Assembly: GCA_001600815.1 (NCBI GenBank)
Contig: BCKZ01000023.1
Coordinates: 248,001-312,000, forward strand
Direction of reading: 5' to 3'
DNA from: Alloascoidea hylecoeti
Lineage: Eukaryota
Length of the DNA: 64,000 nt
Positions 23,924 through 34,662 of the stretch are shown piece after piece. A model generated the notes under the pieces. It was not told the origin of the DNA. It ran no database searches and worked only from the letters and a program-made list of their open reading frames with translations. The stretch's first letter is position 1. Every line of letters starts with the position of its first letter. Position numbers and translations under genes: made by a program.

Positions 23924-24040
23924 AATTGGTAATAAATTTAGTTTTAGAAAAACACACGTTCTTTATAACATAAATTTATTACCAATTATGCCTCCAAAAC
24001 AATCCAAGAACATCGCCACAGATGAGCCCATAAGCCAACA
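23871..24040. repeat. Perfect 70-bp inverted repeat (23871-23940 / 23971-24040) with a 30-nt loop
   Basis: Arms checked base by base as exact reverse complements. Confidence 0.97.
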
Positions 24041-24947
24041 GTATAAAACATTCAAAAATGCTTTCACCATCTAATATTTCAATAATTGGATCAGCAATAG
24101 CTCCAAGGTAGTATTGAACTTTTATTGCTATATTATTATTGTTCCAAAAATATGGATAAACTTTGGTTTCCTTTATTTCAAAATTAGGATACTTTATTAA
24201 GGGTTGAAGGATACCACTTTTAGGGGTTTCTAGTATGACTTTCCAATCGAAATTGCCATAATTATGATCTTGAAACAAATTAAAGTTATAGGATTTATCT
24301 GATGTATCCGAAAATATTGAATTAAAAGATTCAACATCAATTCCTATATGATCTTCATTGTTTATAATTTTCCTATTAAATTTAATTTGAAATAGATTTG
24401 ACTTAATCATTATGATCTGAGGAATAAGGAGATACCTATTGTCTATGTAACCTTTACTCATATCCACTCGTGTTTCCATCTTATATAGATGGAAACTTAA
24501 TTCATAATTGACTTTATATTTACCCAAGTATTCACCATTGGTAATTTTAAATACTAACCAGAAGTAAATATCAATAGTTTTTAATTCATGATAATTATAT
24601 GTATGTGCCATTAATGAGATTAAAGTATAAAAATCTGATACTTGGATTTTTAAAAAGGTTGGAATTGATAAGGTTTCCTCAATATTAGACTCGTAATTAT
24701 ATTCTTTTCGCTCATTCAACAATTAGAGCTTGGCTTGCCAAACCATTGTTGAGTCATTCTTATCACAATCACTTCTTTTTTTATAACAGTTTATAACTAT
24801 AGGTGTACATAAATAATATGGATCATAAGTATCATCTGGAATATTAATTGATATTAGATATTTCCCGGCAGTATTATCATTAATTTTTAAATATTTCTCA
24901 GGTGTAAATAAATCATCATTTTGGAATGCATATAATTTATTTATCAT
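24041..24947 (-). pseudogene. Nuclear copy of a zymocin-type immunity gene (K. lactis pGKL1 ORF3-like); one in-frame TAA at 24723-24725, 3' end replaced by the hairpin arm
   Basis: VWQAKL, KIQVSDFY, GIDVESFNSI, FQDHNYGNFDWKVILETPKSGILQPLIKYPNFEI and EILDGESIFECFIL are collinear with ORF3 as recalled (EWRCRL, KYHVSDFF, GISVDSYNSI, FQNYETGDFLYSVDLKKPKTGVFAKFIDKPRFEI, KIIDNNFIYENYLL). Confidence 0.75.
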
Positions 24948-25069
24948 TTTTTTTGATTCGAATCCGGCTGAAAATAAACACTCGAGATCCCACGATCACT
25001 GACATAGTAGTCACTGAACAAGGGGATTATTTGTATCACACATTCATCATCAGTATTGGTATGATTTAT

Positions 25070-25660
25070 ATTAAACCAAAACCATCTGAAATGGGAGTTT
25101 TCAAATTTTCAAGAGCAATGGTTGTGGTCCAGGGAGATACCGCTTTTTTGCTTCATTTTCTATCTTCTTTATTGTTTGTTGTGGAAGTGGCCAAAATTTG
25201 TTAAAAAACTGTATTTTGGGGTATACATATGTATTTATGTTTACACCCCTCTATGATCTTAACTAATTGTAGTTTTATCATTTTATTCCTGAACTTAGAC
25301 CATTGAACTCCTAAAATTGGAACTCCAAGATAGGTCATATTTTTCAGATCATCTGTTTTATAATTTAAAGCTGATTTGAATATTCCATTTTCTCTTCTCC
25401 TTTGGTTTTCATTATTAAAATAATATATGGATGATTTTGATCGATTAACTTTTGAATCCGACACATTTTCAAATTCATAGAGAGTGTCTTTTAGTAGGCT
25501 ATGCTCGTTTTTATTCAACAATATGACGGAATAATCATCCACAAAGACAAGACTTTGAAAACGAATATTTGTCAGTGTGAAGAGTTCTATTCCTTTTAAC
25601 CTATAACGCAATAAGTTGGAGAGTGGTCCCGAACATAAGTTAAAGATGATGGGTGCAGTA
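25070..25660 (-). mobile_element. Non-LTR (L1/Zorro-like) retrotransposon RT relic
   Basis: APIIFNLCSGPL..LKGI, FVDD (YADD box), FENVSDSKVNRSKS, YLGV; after frameshifts, INTYVYPKI and LKTPISDGFGL. Confidence 0.8.
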
Positions 25661-25900
25661 TCGTTTGCTGATTTAAATTGTCATACTTTTTTGGTAGGTC
25701 TGTCTTGTTTGGGGTGTTTGTCTGAACAAATCGGGCAGAACCGAAAGCTGGTCAAAGGTTTGATGAGGATATTATCAGTAACTCCCTCTTTGATATCTAG
25801 GCAAACAGAAGACAATGATACCCTAAATAAGACAGACCTCGAGTGTTCCCATTTGTAGTATACTTCTTAAGAGATATAAGCACTTTTGACGGTGTTATCA

Positions 25901-25982
25901 GGGAGTGTGGCCGAGTGGTCTAAGGCGCCAGCTTCAGGTGCTGGTCTAGAAATAGGCGTGAGTTCGAACCTCACCGCTCTCA
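25901..25982 (+). tRNA. tL(CAG): tRNA-Leu(CAG), intronless, type II
   Basis: Acceptor GGGAGTG/CGCTCTC with discriminator A; anticodon stem CCAGC/GCTGG with loop TTCAGGT (CAG 25935-25937, G37); variable arm CTA-GAAA-TAG; GTTCGAACC T-loop; T6 terminator at 25991. Confidence 0.95.
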
Positions 25983-26217
25983 CTATATTATTTTTTGCAA
26001 ACTGAGTTTGGGTTCCCCAATTTAGACAATACAGCGCTCCATTATGATTCAGGAACTGAATGCTAAAAATTGTAATGAAATTCGAGATATTAATTGCAAA
26101 ATAAATGTATGAAAATTTAGTGGCAGAAAAATATTATTAAAGTTTTTCCATCTAATTACAAAAATTTTCAGTTTTTCCCACATCACATACACAAAATAAA
26201 ATTTCATATTTAACGAG

Positions 26218-26962
26218 ATGGGGAAAAGAAGTATGTATTCTTCAAAGAGATTATAATCAAACTTAATATAGGGCGATTAAAATTATTAACATTCTCTGAT
26301 GAAATATAGAACCTTCTGATCGATCAAGGGCAGCAAGAAGAGAAATAGTAGGGGACTTGGATAAAGACCTAAAATCGGTTCCAAGACTAGCAGGTTATGA
26401 TGATAAATTAAAGAGTATGTCCTTCTATTATTATTAAAGTAATTGAGATTCAGCAGCTAACTATTTTGAACCCTTTTAATTAGTTAGCATTGATGGTAAA
26501 ACACGAGTACAAGATACAATTGCTAAATTAAATGTTAGAGGATTAATCCCAGATCAAGAAGACAATAAAATTTCTAAAAAGAAGGGAAAATTAAGTAAAT
26601 CTGTTAGTAGTAGGAAAAGAAGGAGACAAGTTGAAGCACAATTAAGAGCAGAATCAAATCTTGAAGTTTTAAGTAATAAAAAATCAAAAAGTACAAGTCG
26701 ATATAAAAATGTTAAACATCAAAGGAAAAGTACTTGGGAAACTGTAAATCAAGATGCAAAAGGAATACTTGATTATAATAATAATTCGAATACTAAATCA
26801 TCAAGTTTGAAAAATAATAATAAAAGTACAATTATTAATATACATGGTACTGATGATATGATTATAGAAGATGGTGAACAATATGAAGATATTTCGGATG
26901 ATGATGATCAACCAATCATTACAAAATCTCCATTTGATCTATTAGAAGAAGTTGATGCTTAA
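26218..26962 (+). CDS. ECM1: Pre-60S factor Ecm1-like; exons 26218-26230, 26310-26414, 26484-26962 (absent from the ORF track)
   Basis: Two GTATGT...TAG introns give an open frame MGKRKPSDRSRAARR..DLKSVPR..KSTSRYKNVKHQRKSTWETVN..SPFDLLEEVDA; RRPE-like TGAAAATTT motifs at ~26110 and 26160-26170. Confidence 0.8.
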
Positions 26963-29241
26963 ATGTTGTTATTCATAATGCAGCCACAAATACTTCTTTA
27001 ACTTTTGTTCTATCTAAGACTACTTCTCATATACCATTATTACAACTCATAGTAATAATTTACCTGAAATGAACATCTTTAACACACACTTAGGCTTCAA
27101 AAGTATGATTTCTTTTAATTGCTGATATTATATTCATTATGTATAATTAATATAATTAACCATTAATTGCAAAATGGTATCATCATGATCACCTTCTACA
27201 AAGTATTTCTTGTAATTTTAGTGGACACCTCTTTTGGTTGGGCTAATATCTAATAATGTTTGGGCAGATATATAACACTGTAACCACACAAATCACAGAA
27301 CGAAATCGTCTCATGGGATTAAGATCAACTCGTCCCATAATAATACAATGAATCGTCGAGTGGCTTTGATTACATAGGAGATAGTAGATACCCATAATTG
27401 ACATGTGAAGAAGATAAATACTATTCGTGTGATTTTAACAGTAAACCGTGATGAACTAAAAATGAACTCATTACAAAATATATGGATGGGCAAGGCCAAT
27501 CAAGCAATAAATTCCAATACATATTAAAATTACAATAATGTTCATATTTATGTCCGGGTAAACAAATGTTCTCCAGAATTAACATTTTCAACATCATCAC
27601 GTGATCCAATGTTGGCGTTCTAAATATTAATTTTGGGCGAAATTTAGAAGAAGGATATTAAAGGAATAGATGGTTGGGTACGTCCAATATATCTTGTATT
27701 GCTGCATAACTTCATTTCGCTTTCACTTTAACGATTGTTTTGTTTAATTTCTACCAATTCCAAGATATACGAAATAACGTTAGCACAACAACAGGTTAAT
27801 ACACATTGTACGTATGCGCACGGAATATCAATCACAATAATAATTGTCCTGGTAACTTATCAACATTTGTAAACGAAATGGAATGGTAAGGATAATTATT
27901 GGAAACTATTTATATTATAAGTGAGCAAAGTTTAAAGATAAACGCTGTGGGAAAATGAGTTCTAAGACCATTAGTTATAGTTATGGTATTAGTGAATGAA
28001 AAAAGAGCAGTTGATACTGATGTTTGTCAATAAATCAACCTATAGTTATAACGTTATGGAAATCGATATCGATTGATCTAGATCATATCATAAATAATTA
28101 TTTCAAATGTGTTGTGTTATGATGCATATGCCTTCCACTTACAATTTTCTGAAATTAGACATTTGAGACTTGAGCCGATTTGACATATGACATGTAAGCA
28201 ATGAGCATGTATCATGTATTACCCATGTAAGCATTGTAAGGGCGTATTCTGATTTCTGAATCTGAACACAATTATCATAACAAGTTCACTACAATAATAT
28301 TTATTTCACTAAAAACATAACTATTAACTCGACAAATGATCTTATATATAAGTTCGAGGGTTGTGTATCGTTGATTAACTAATAACGTCGACAGTTTAGA
28401 TAATAATATGAATAAAAAAAAATATAGATTATAAATTATTTGATTTAATCTGATTTGATTTGATATATAGAAAAATTTAAAAGAGACAATTGCAATTTGC
28501 AAACACAATAAAGGAAAAAAGATCTTTTATAATTATGATGTTTATATTTGAAATTTTAATTTGAAAAAAATAGATTCAATTGCAATGGATATATGATAAA
28601 TTTAAAATGATAAATTAGAAAAAAAGTATGATATGAAAAAAAGAAAGTTTAAAAAAAAAAGAACTTTATAGAATTTTAAAAGTTGTTTTTTTTTACAAAA
28701 TAAGATAAAAAAAATAGAGATATAGATAGTATAGATTCCAATAAAAGCAACATATAATAATTATAAATAGCTATTAATTGTAACAAAAGGTAAAGTAAAT
28801 GGATCGGAAAGAAATGATTATGATTATAGATAAAAGATATAACAATAAACAACAACAGATATGAAAAATGAGAATGGATAAAATATTATATATAAACAAC
28901 GTTTTCGATTTTAATTTCAATTGTATATGAATGATGATAGTAATAAAAAAATTAAGCGCTTGCTTTGCTTTGGTTGTTGTTTATAATATAATATAATAAT
29001 TATGATTAAATATATGAGAAATGAGAACATGAAAACTTTAAATTTAAACAGACAGAATTAGAAAAAAACCATTATCCAAAAAATAAAGGTAAATAAAATC
29101 CTTTAAATATATTTAAAAGAATAGATATAAATATTCACACTCCTTTTTTTAAGTATTTGTTTAGTATTTTTTTTTTTTTTTTTTTGATATAGTAGTACCA
29201 AGCAAATTATTTATTGTAACTTGGTAATATATTGAAAAGGT

Positions 29242-30666
29242 TTATCTAGGTTGATAAACATCTCTCTGAAAATTTTGAAAATTTTGAAAGTTTTGGAAAT
29301 TTTGACCACCTAATGCAGTATCAGCACCAGTTACATTTGTATTAATATTACCAGGACCTGTTGGACCACCAGCAGTAGCATTAACATTTTGTTGTTGTTG
29401 AGAAACAGCAGCAACATTTGGATTAATATTTTGAACTTGATAATTATTTGGACGTTCTTTACCCCAACCACATTTTAAAACTCTACCATTTATTGCATAG
29501 CCGCTTAATTGAACAATTGCCATTGCAGCTCTTTCATGAGAATCAAATCTAACGAAAGCATAACCTCTTTCAGGTTGATGTTTAAAATCAACAATATAAC
29601 CAAAATTTTGTAATAAAGGAATTAATTCTTGTTGAGATGTAAAAGGAGTTAAATTTCCAATATAAACAGTTGTTTGCCAATTTGGAGTTTGTCTAACAAC
29701 TAAATCATAAGATTGTGGTATAACATTCATACCCATTACTAATGGTGGTTGTTGTGGAGGACCATTTTTTGTTCCAGCAATATTAACCAATGAAGAATCA
29801 TTTGAGTTTGAATTAAAGTTATTAAAATTTGGAAATCCATTATTATAAGCATTTGGATTATTAAAATTTGAAAAGTTTGAAAAATTCGTAAAAGAATTAC
29901 CAAAAGAGTTTGGATTATTAAAATTATTAAAATTTGAGTTTGAATTTGCATTTGGAGCTTTTTGAGAAGCCCATTTACATCTTATTTCACGACTACCAAA
30001 CATTGTACCATCCATTGAAGATAAAGCATTTTCAGCATCATTTCTTTCTTTAAATGAAACAAAACCATAACCTCTCGATCTACCAGTTGACATATCCCAC
30101 ATTACATGTGCTTCAACCATTGTACCAAATCTTGAAAAACCTTTACGCAATAATTCATCATTTATTTCACTTGATAAATCACCAACGAAAATATTAAAAG
30201 TATCACCATTTTTATTTTGTTGGGTTTGATAAGCCCAAGAGATTTTAATTTCCGATTGATTTAAATGTCTACCATTTAAAGTATGTAAAGCCATTTCAGC
30301 AGCACTTGGTTCATTATATTCAATAAAAGCATAATTTAAACCTCTTCTATTTTTATCAGGGAAAATCTTAACAGACATTACAGTACCAGTAACAGAAAAT
30401 AATTCTCTTAACATATCCTCAGTAACATTTTGATCGATACAACCAACGTATAAAACTTTTTTATTTATTTCACGACCGCCTTGAGCAGCATTTGCAGGTA
30501 AAAGAGGACCATTTGAAACAGAAGTTGTAGCAGTGACCACGGAACCTCCTGGAGTGGCTACAGTTGAGCCAGTGGTGGCACTCTGGGCACCGGCACTTGG
30601 GACCGGGTTTAGAGGCTGGGTGGCAGCAGGAGCCCCGGAGCCGTCCTGAGAAAATGTGTCGGACAT
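29242..30666 (-). CDS. PUB1: Poly(U)-binding triple-RRM protein
   Basis: GGRE..KKVLYVG, FNIFVGDLS..HVMWDM.TGRSRGYGFVSF, TTVYIGN..LKCGWGKER. Confidence 0.92.
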   Translation of the reverse strand: MSDTFSQDGSGAPAATQPLNPVPSAGAQSATTGSTVATPGGSVVTATTSVSNGPLLPANAAQGGREINKKVLYVGCIDQNVTEDMLRELFSVTGTVMSVKIFPDKNRRGLNYAFIEYNEPSAAEMALHTLNGRHLNQSEIKISWAYQTQQNKNGDTFNIFVGDLSSEINDELLRKGFSRFGTMVEAHVMWDMSTGRSRGYGFVSFKERNDAENALSSMDGTMFGSREIRCKWASQKAPNANSNSNFNNFNNPNSFGNSFTNFSNFSNFNNPNAYNNGFPNFNNFNSNSNDSSLVNIAGTKNGPPQQPPLVMGMNVIPQSYDLVVRQTPNWQTTVYIGNLTPFTSQQELIPLLQNFGYIVDFKHQPERGYAFVRFDSHERAAMAIVQLSGYAINGRVLKCGWGKERPNNYQVQNINPNVAAVSQQQQNVNATAGGPTGPGNINTNVTGADTALGGQNFQNFQNFQNFQRDVYQPR

Positions 30667-31300
30667 GTATAATATTTAGTAAAAGGGAGAAGTACTAAAG
30701 TAGTAGTTTCAGGGGTTAACAACAACACTTTGGCAGAGATCAGCGGATCTTCACAAACACAAACACAAACCACGTATTTTCACGTATAACGCAAGTTACG
30801 TACCTTTTATACAAATTCAACAAAAACCTATGGAGTATTAATAGTAATATAAAATGTAAAATAAAGATGAACAATAAAGGAGAAAAGTGAAGTAAAGCCA
30901 ACAAAAAGACTGAACCAAATCAACAAAAAGCACTAGAAGATGAGGGTGCGGGGGTGGGTGAGGGTGAGGGGCGCCGGATCAGGAAGCAGCAAGCGAAGTG
31001 TCCAGCAATGGCAAGGGAAAGGGAAAGCGTCGGCGGGAGAATTGGAGAGCTTGGAGAAGTTGGACAAGTCCTCCCGTTTTATATCTTTTTTGATATTTAA
31101 TTATCTGGAACCCCCTGCGATCACCAGACAGAACCCCCTCGGGAACGTGACGGGGTGCTCAGGCGGATGGCCGGGTAACCGCTGCCTGTCTGCTGACGTA
31201 ACACCTGACTCAGCTTTGATGAGGTGGCACTTTTGGAGCATAAGAATCCACATCTGCTTCTTCTGGCCTCTTCTTCTCCTTTCTTTTCTCTTCAACAACG

Positions 31301-33010
31301 ATGAAAGTAATCTCAATTGCTGCTCCCGCTTTGATTGCTGCTGCTGCCGCTTCAGCTGACGACTCAATTGCTCGCCCGGATTTCTCTCCTTTGGCCGTTG
31401 ATGACGCTCCATTCTTTGAGCAATTCCACGATGGTTATGAATCTCGCTGGAAAGTTTCCCATGCCCAAAAAGAAGGTGAACAGGAATTGTCTTATGTTGG
31501 TAAATGGGCTTTTGAAGAACCAACGGTTTTACCTGCTTTCAATGGTGATAAAGGTTTAGTCGTTAAATCTGCCGCTGCAAGACATGCAATTAGTTCAAAA
31601 TTTAATACTCCAATTGATAATACTGATAAAACTTTGGTTGTTCAATATGAAGTCAAAGCCCAACAAGGTTTAAATTGTGGTGGTGCCTATCTTAAATTAT
31701 TATCTGAACATGATACTTTATATGATGATGAATTTAATGGTGATACTCCTTATCAATTAATGTTTGGTCCTGATAAATGTGGCGCTACAAATAAAGTTCA
31801 TTTGATTTTACGTCGTAAAAATCCTTTAAATGATGAATATGAAGAAAAACATTTAAAATTACCTCCAAAGGCAAAAGTTTCTAAATTTACTTCTTTATAT
31901 ACTTTAATTTTGAAACAAAATCAAGATTTTGAAATTAGAATTGATGGGAAAGTTGAAATTGCTGGCAATCTACTTGAAGATGGTGTTTTCCAACCTTCTT
32001 TTAATCCACCAAAAGAAATTGATGATGAAAATGATACAAAACCTGATGATTGGATTGATGATGCTAAAATCCCTGATCCTGAACAATTAATAAAACCTGA
32101 TGATTGGGATGAGGATGCTCCATTTGAAATTATTGATCCTGAAGCTATTAAACCTGAGGATTGGGATGAAAATGCTTTGGAATATATTCCTGATCCTGAA
32201 TCTGAAATCCCTGAAGATTGGGATGAAGAAGAAGATGGTGAATGGATTGCTCCTGAAATTTATAATCCTGAATGTGAAGAACATGGTTGTGGTAAATGGA
32301 TTGCTCCAACAATTAAAAATCCAAACTATAAAGGAAAATTTCAACCTCCGTTAATTGATAATCCTGATTACTTGGGTGTTTGGAAACCAAGAAAAATCCC
32401 AAATCCAAATTATTTTGATGATACAAATCCTTCTAATTTAGAACCAATTGGTGCTATTGGATTTGAACTTTGGACAATGCAACCTGATATTTTATTTGAT
32501 AATATTTATATTGGTCATTCAATTGATCAAGCTGAATTAATTGGCAATGAAACTTTTGTACCAAAATTAAAATTAGAAAAATCATTTGAAGAAAAAGATG
32601 ATGATTTAAATGATGATGATGAAGATGCCATTAATGGTGGTGATTCACTCATTGAAAGATCTAAACAAGTCACTTATCAATTCATTGATGATGCTGCTTA
32701 TTATTGGTCTGTTTTTTCAAAAGATCCTGTTAATACAGTTAAAGAAGATCCAGGTCTATTTTTCAAATATGGTGGTGTTTTTGGTGTTATATTTTCAATT
32801 GTTTTTTCATTCTGGAGTGTTCTATTCTTTATTATTGGTAAAGTATTTTCAAAAACTCCTGATGTTCCAGCTCCTGCACCATCTGCAAAAGATTCAACTG
32901 ATACTATTAAAAAACAACCAAAAATTGAAGAAATAAAAGATGAATCAATTACAAGTTCTTCTGTATCTGCTGAAACTGAAACAACTAAAAGAAATGTTGA
33001 AGTAAAATAA
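31301..33010 (+). CDS. CNE1: Calnexin
   Basis: Signal peptide, [26 protein letters not shown]-domain repeats, C-terminal TM helix. Confidence 0.95.
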   Translation: MKVISIAAPALIAAAAASADDSIARPDFSPLAVDDAPFFEQFHDGYESRWKVSHAQKEGEQELSYVGKWAFEEPTVLPAFNGDKGLVVKSAAARHAISSKFNTPIDNTDKTLVVQYEVKAQQGLNCGGAYLKLLSEHDTLYDDEFNGDTPYQLMFGPDKCGATNKVHLILRRKNPLNDEYEEKHLKLPPKAKVSKFTSLYTLILKQNQDFEIRIDGKVEIAGNLLEDGVFQPSFNPPKEIDDENDTKPDDWIDDAKIPDPEQLIKPDDWDEDAPFEIIDPEAIKPEDWDENALEYIPDPESEIPEDWDEEEDGEWIAPEIYNPECEEHGCGKWIAPTIKNPNYKGKFQPPLIDNPDYLGVWKPRKIPNPNYFDDTNPSNLEPIGAIGFELWTMQPDILFDNIYIGHSIDQAELIGNETFVPKLKLEKSFEEKDDDLNDDDEDAINGGDSLIERSKQVTYQFIDDAAYYWSVFSKDPVNTVKEDPGLFFKYGGVFGVIFSIVFSFWSVLFFIIGKVFSKTPDVPAPAPSAKDSTDTIKKQPKIEEIKDESITSSSVSAETETTKRNVEVK

Positions 33011-33812
33011 TTATAAAAAAATCAATATAATCTATGTTTTTATTTTTATTTATATGTGTAGTTTTATATAACCAAATTGCAAAAAATTTTGTCATGAATT
33101 GCTTTAATAAAACATTAAAAAAAAAGAATACATGTTTATTTAGTTATAATTTCTCATCGTCCACAAATTCTTCCTTTGGTATGTTATAGAATGTAATAGA
33201 TTAATCAAGCTTAAGGGTCAATTGCAACATGATCTGTCATTCCACTTAATTTCGGCCACGTGGTGCGAGTAACAAGTCTCATCAACATGATGTACTTTCA
33301 CTCATCTGCAATATCATTATATGATGCTCTCTCCTTTCCCATAAAATTGTGCACTCCTTCCAATGGTACCTGTTTAAATTTGAATTTCTCTTATCACTAC
33401 AAAATTGTTAATAACTACAAGAAATCGCTTGATGAATAGATATCGGCCACTTGATGCACTACTGTTCGGCATTGCTGTAGTCTGATATTTTTATTCCGAT
33501 TATAAAAATATGAGTTAATATTTTGTTCTTCATGCGGCTGAATACTTACCATATCAAAGCCGATGATTCTTTATCTGAATAGCTGAACATTAATACCTCT
33601 TTTGGCCGAATATTAAGTTTATAATATAGCCAAAACATTGTCCATGAGCCCGAATATTTAGCTTTCCAAGTTACATTTGAATCTTTGGCCTTCATATCCA
33701 GAAAGTGTGTGTTTGATCAGATGGAGCTATCACGGTGGTCATTTCAAAAAAACTTCTATTTAGTTATAAATTATATTCAATATATAGGCATATCGTGATC
33801 TTAATTGCGACT

Positions 33813-34454
33813 CTATACTAGATCTTTTCCAAATATTATTGCATCTACAGGTTCATCAAATCCTTTTAACACTCCTGCTTTCTTGACAATACCTACTCTT
33901 TCAAACCCCAATGAATCCCAAATTTTCCAAGATGCTGGATTTGTTATGAAAACAAGATTAAATATGCTATAAGTATAACCTAACATTGGAGCCCATTTCA
34001 AATAACTTTTCGCAAGTTCAATTCCAATTCCTTTACCACGAAATCTCTTGTTCACTAAAAACCCAGCATTACAAATATGTGAACACCTCCCTACATAATT
34101 TGGCTTTGTATAATAAGTTCCTAGATATTCTTGTTCCCAATTTCTACCCGATTTAATTTCGGTGTCTGTTCCAGTAAGCATAACACAAGTAAATGCCCCA
34201 AGCCAATATCCTTTGAATTCATCAAATGTTAACAATTCTAATTGAGGGTAAGTTTGTCCTTCTTCAACCTCCTTATTGAACTCCACGAATAAAAACTCTA
34301 TAAGATCTGGGGGAAGTGTTAGAGGTTCCACACAGGGGAATAATGTTGCTTGAATTCCATCTTTTAGGGTGACGTAATATGGCTTCAGGTCAGGCTTGGG
34401 AGCATTTTTTCGAATATATGATGGAACTGATGGATCTTCAAAATTGGCATGCAT
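33813..34454 (-). CDS. MPR1: Mpr1-like GNAT N-acetyltransferase (L-azetidine-2-carboxylate acetyltransferase family)
   Basis: GQTYPQ, KPNY.GRCSHICNAGFLV, RGKGIG, WAPMLGY.YSIFNLVF.TN.AS.KIWD.LGF. Confidence 0.8.
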   Translation of the reverse strand: MHANFEDPSVPSYIRKNAPKPDLKPYYVTLKDGIQATLFPCVEPLTLPPDLIEFLFVEFNKEVEEGQTYPQLELLTFDEFKGYWLGAFTCVMLTGTDTEIKSGRNWEQEYLGTYYTKPNYVGRCSHICNAGFLVNKRFRGKGIGIELAKSYLKWAPMLGYTYSIFNLVFITNPASWKIWDSLGFERVGIVKKAGVLKGFDEPVDAIIFGKDLV

Positions 34455-34653
34455 GGTTCAGTGAGTTAAGGTTAACCTTGGAATTGTGACTCTGTTTTGA
34501 AGATGGGTGTTAGAAATCAACTTCTAATTATAATTGATGGTTTTATACTTACATTTAGATAACGGGTTACTTCGTTAATTGTTGATTGAAAATCCTTACA
34601 AATAATTATACATATAACGATAACGGATGTATAAGTTTAACTTATATTATATT

Positions 34654-34662
34654 ATGACTCAT
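34654..34662. promoter_or_regulatory. Perfect Gcn4/AP-1 site ATGACTCAT ~200 bp upstream of the MPR1-like gene
   Basis: exact consensus. Confidence 0.6.

Noticed and set aside
23871..24040. TGTTGG...CCAACA as a solo LTR or MITE
   Set aside because: No target-site duplication, and the left arm is continuous with the gag reading frame
23655..24074. 139-aa plus-strand ORF
   Set aside because: Chimeric read-through of the hairpin and antisense gag
26963..28270. Small ORFs and CATGTA-rich patch
   Set aside because: No coherent frame, splice pattern or repeat unit
30940..31523. ORFs of 139 and 140 aa
   Set aside because: By-products of the GC-rich promoter and the CNE1 5' end
33542..33552. ATACTTACC, U1 snRNA-like 5' end (also ATACTACCTT at 51611)
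   Set aside because: No U1 stem-loop I/II or Sm site in the right arrangement
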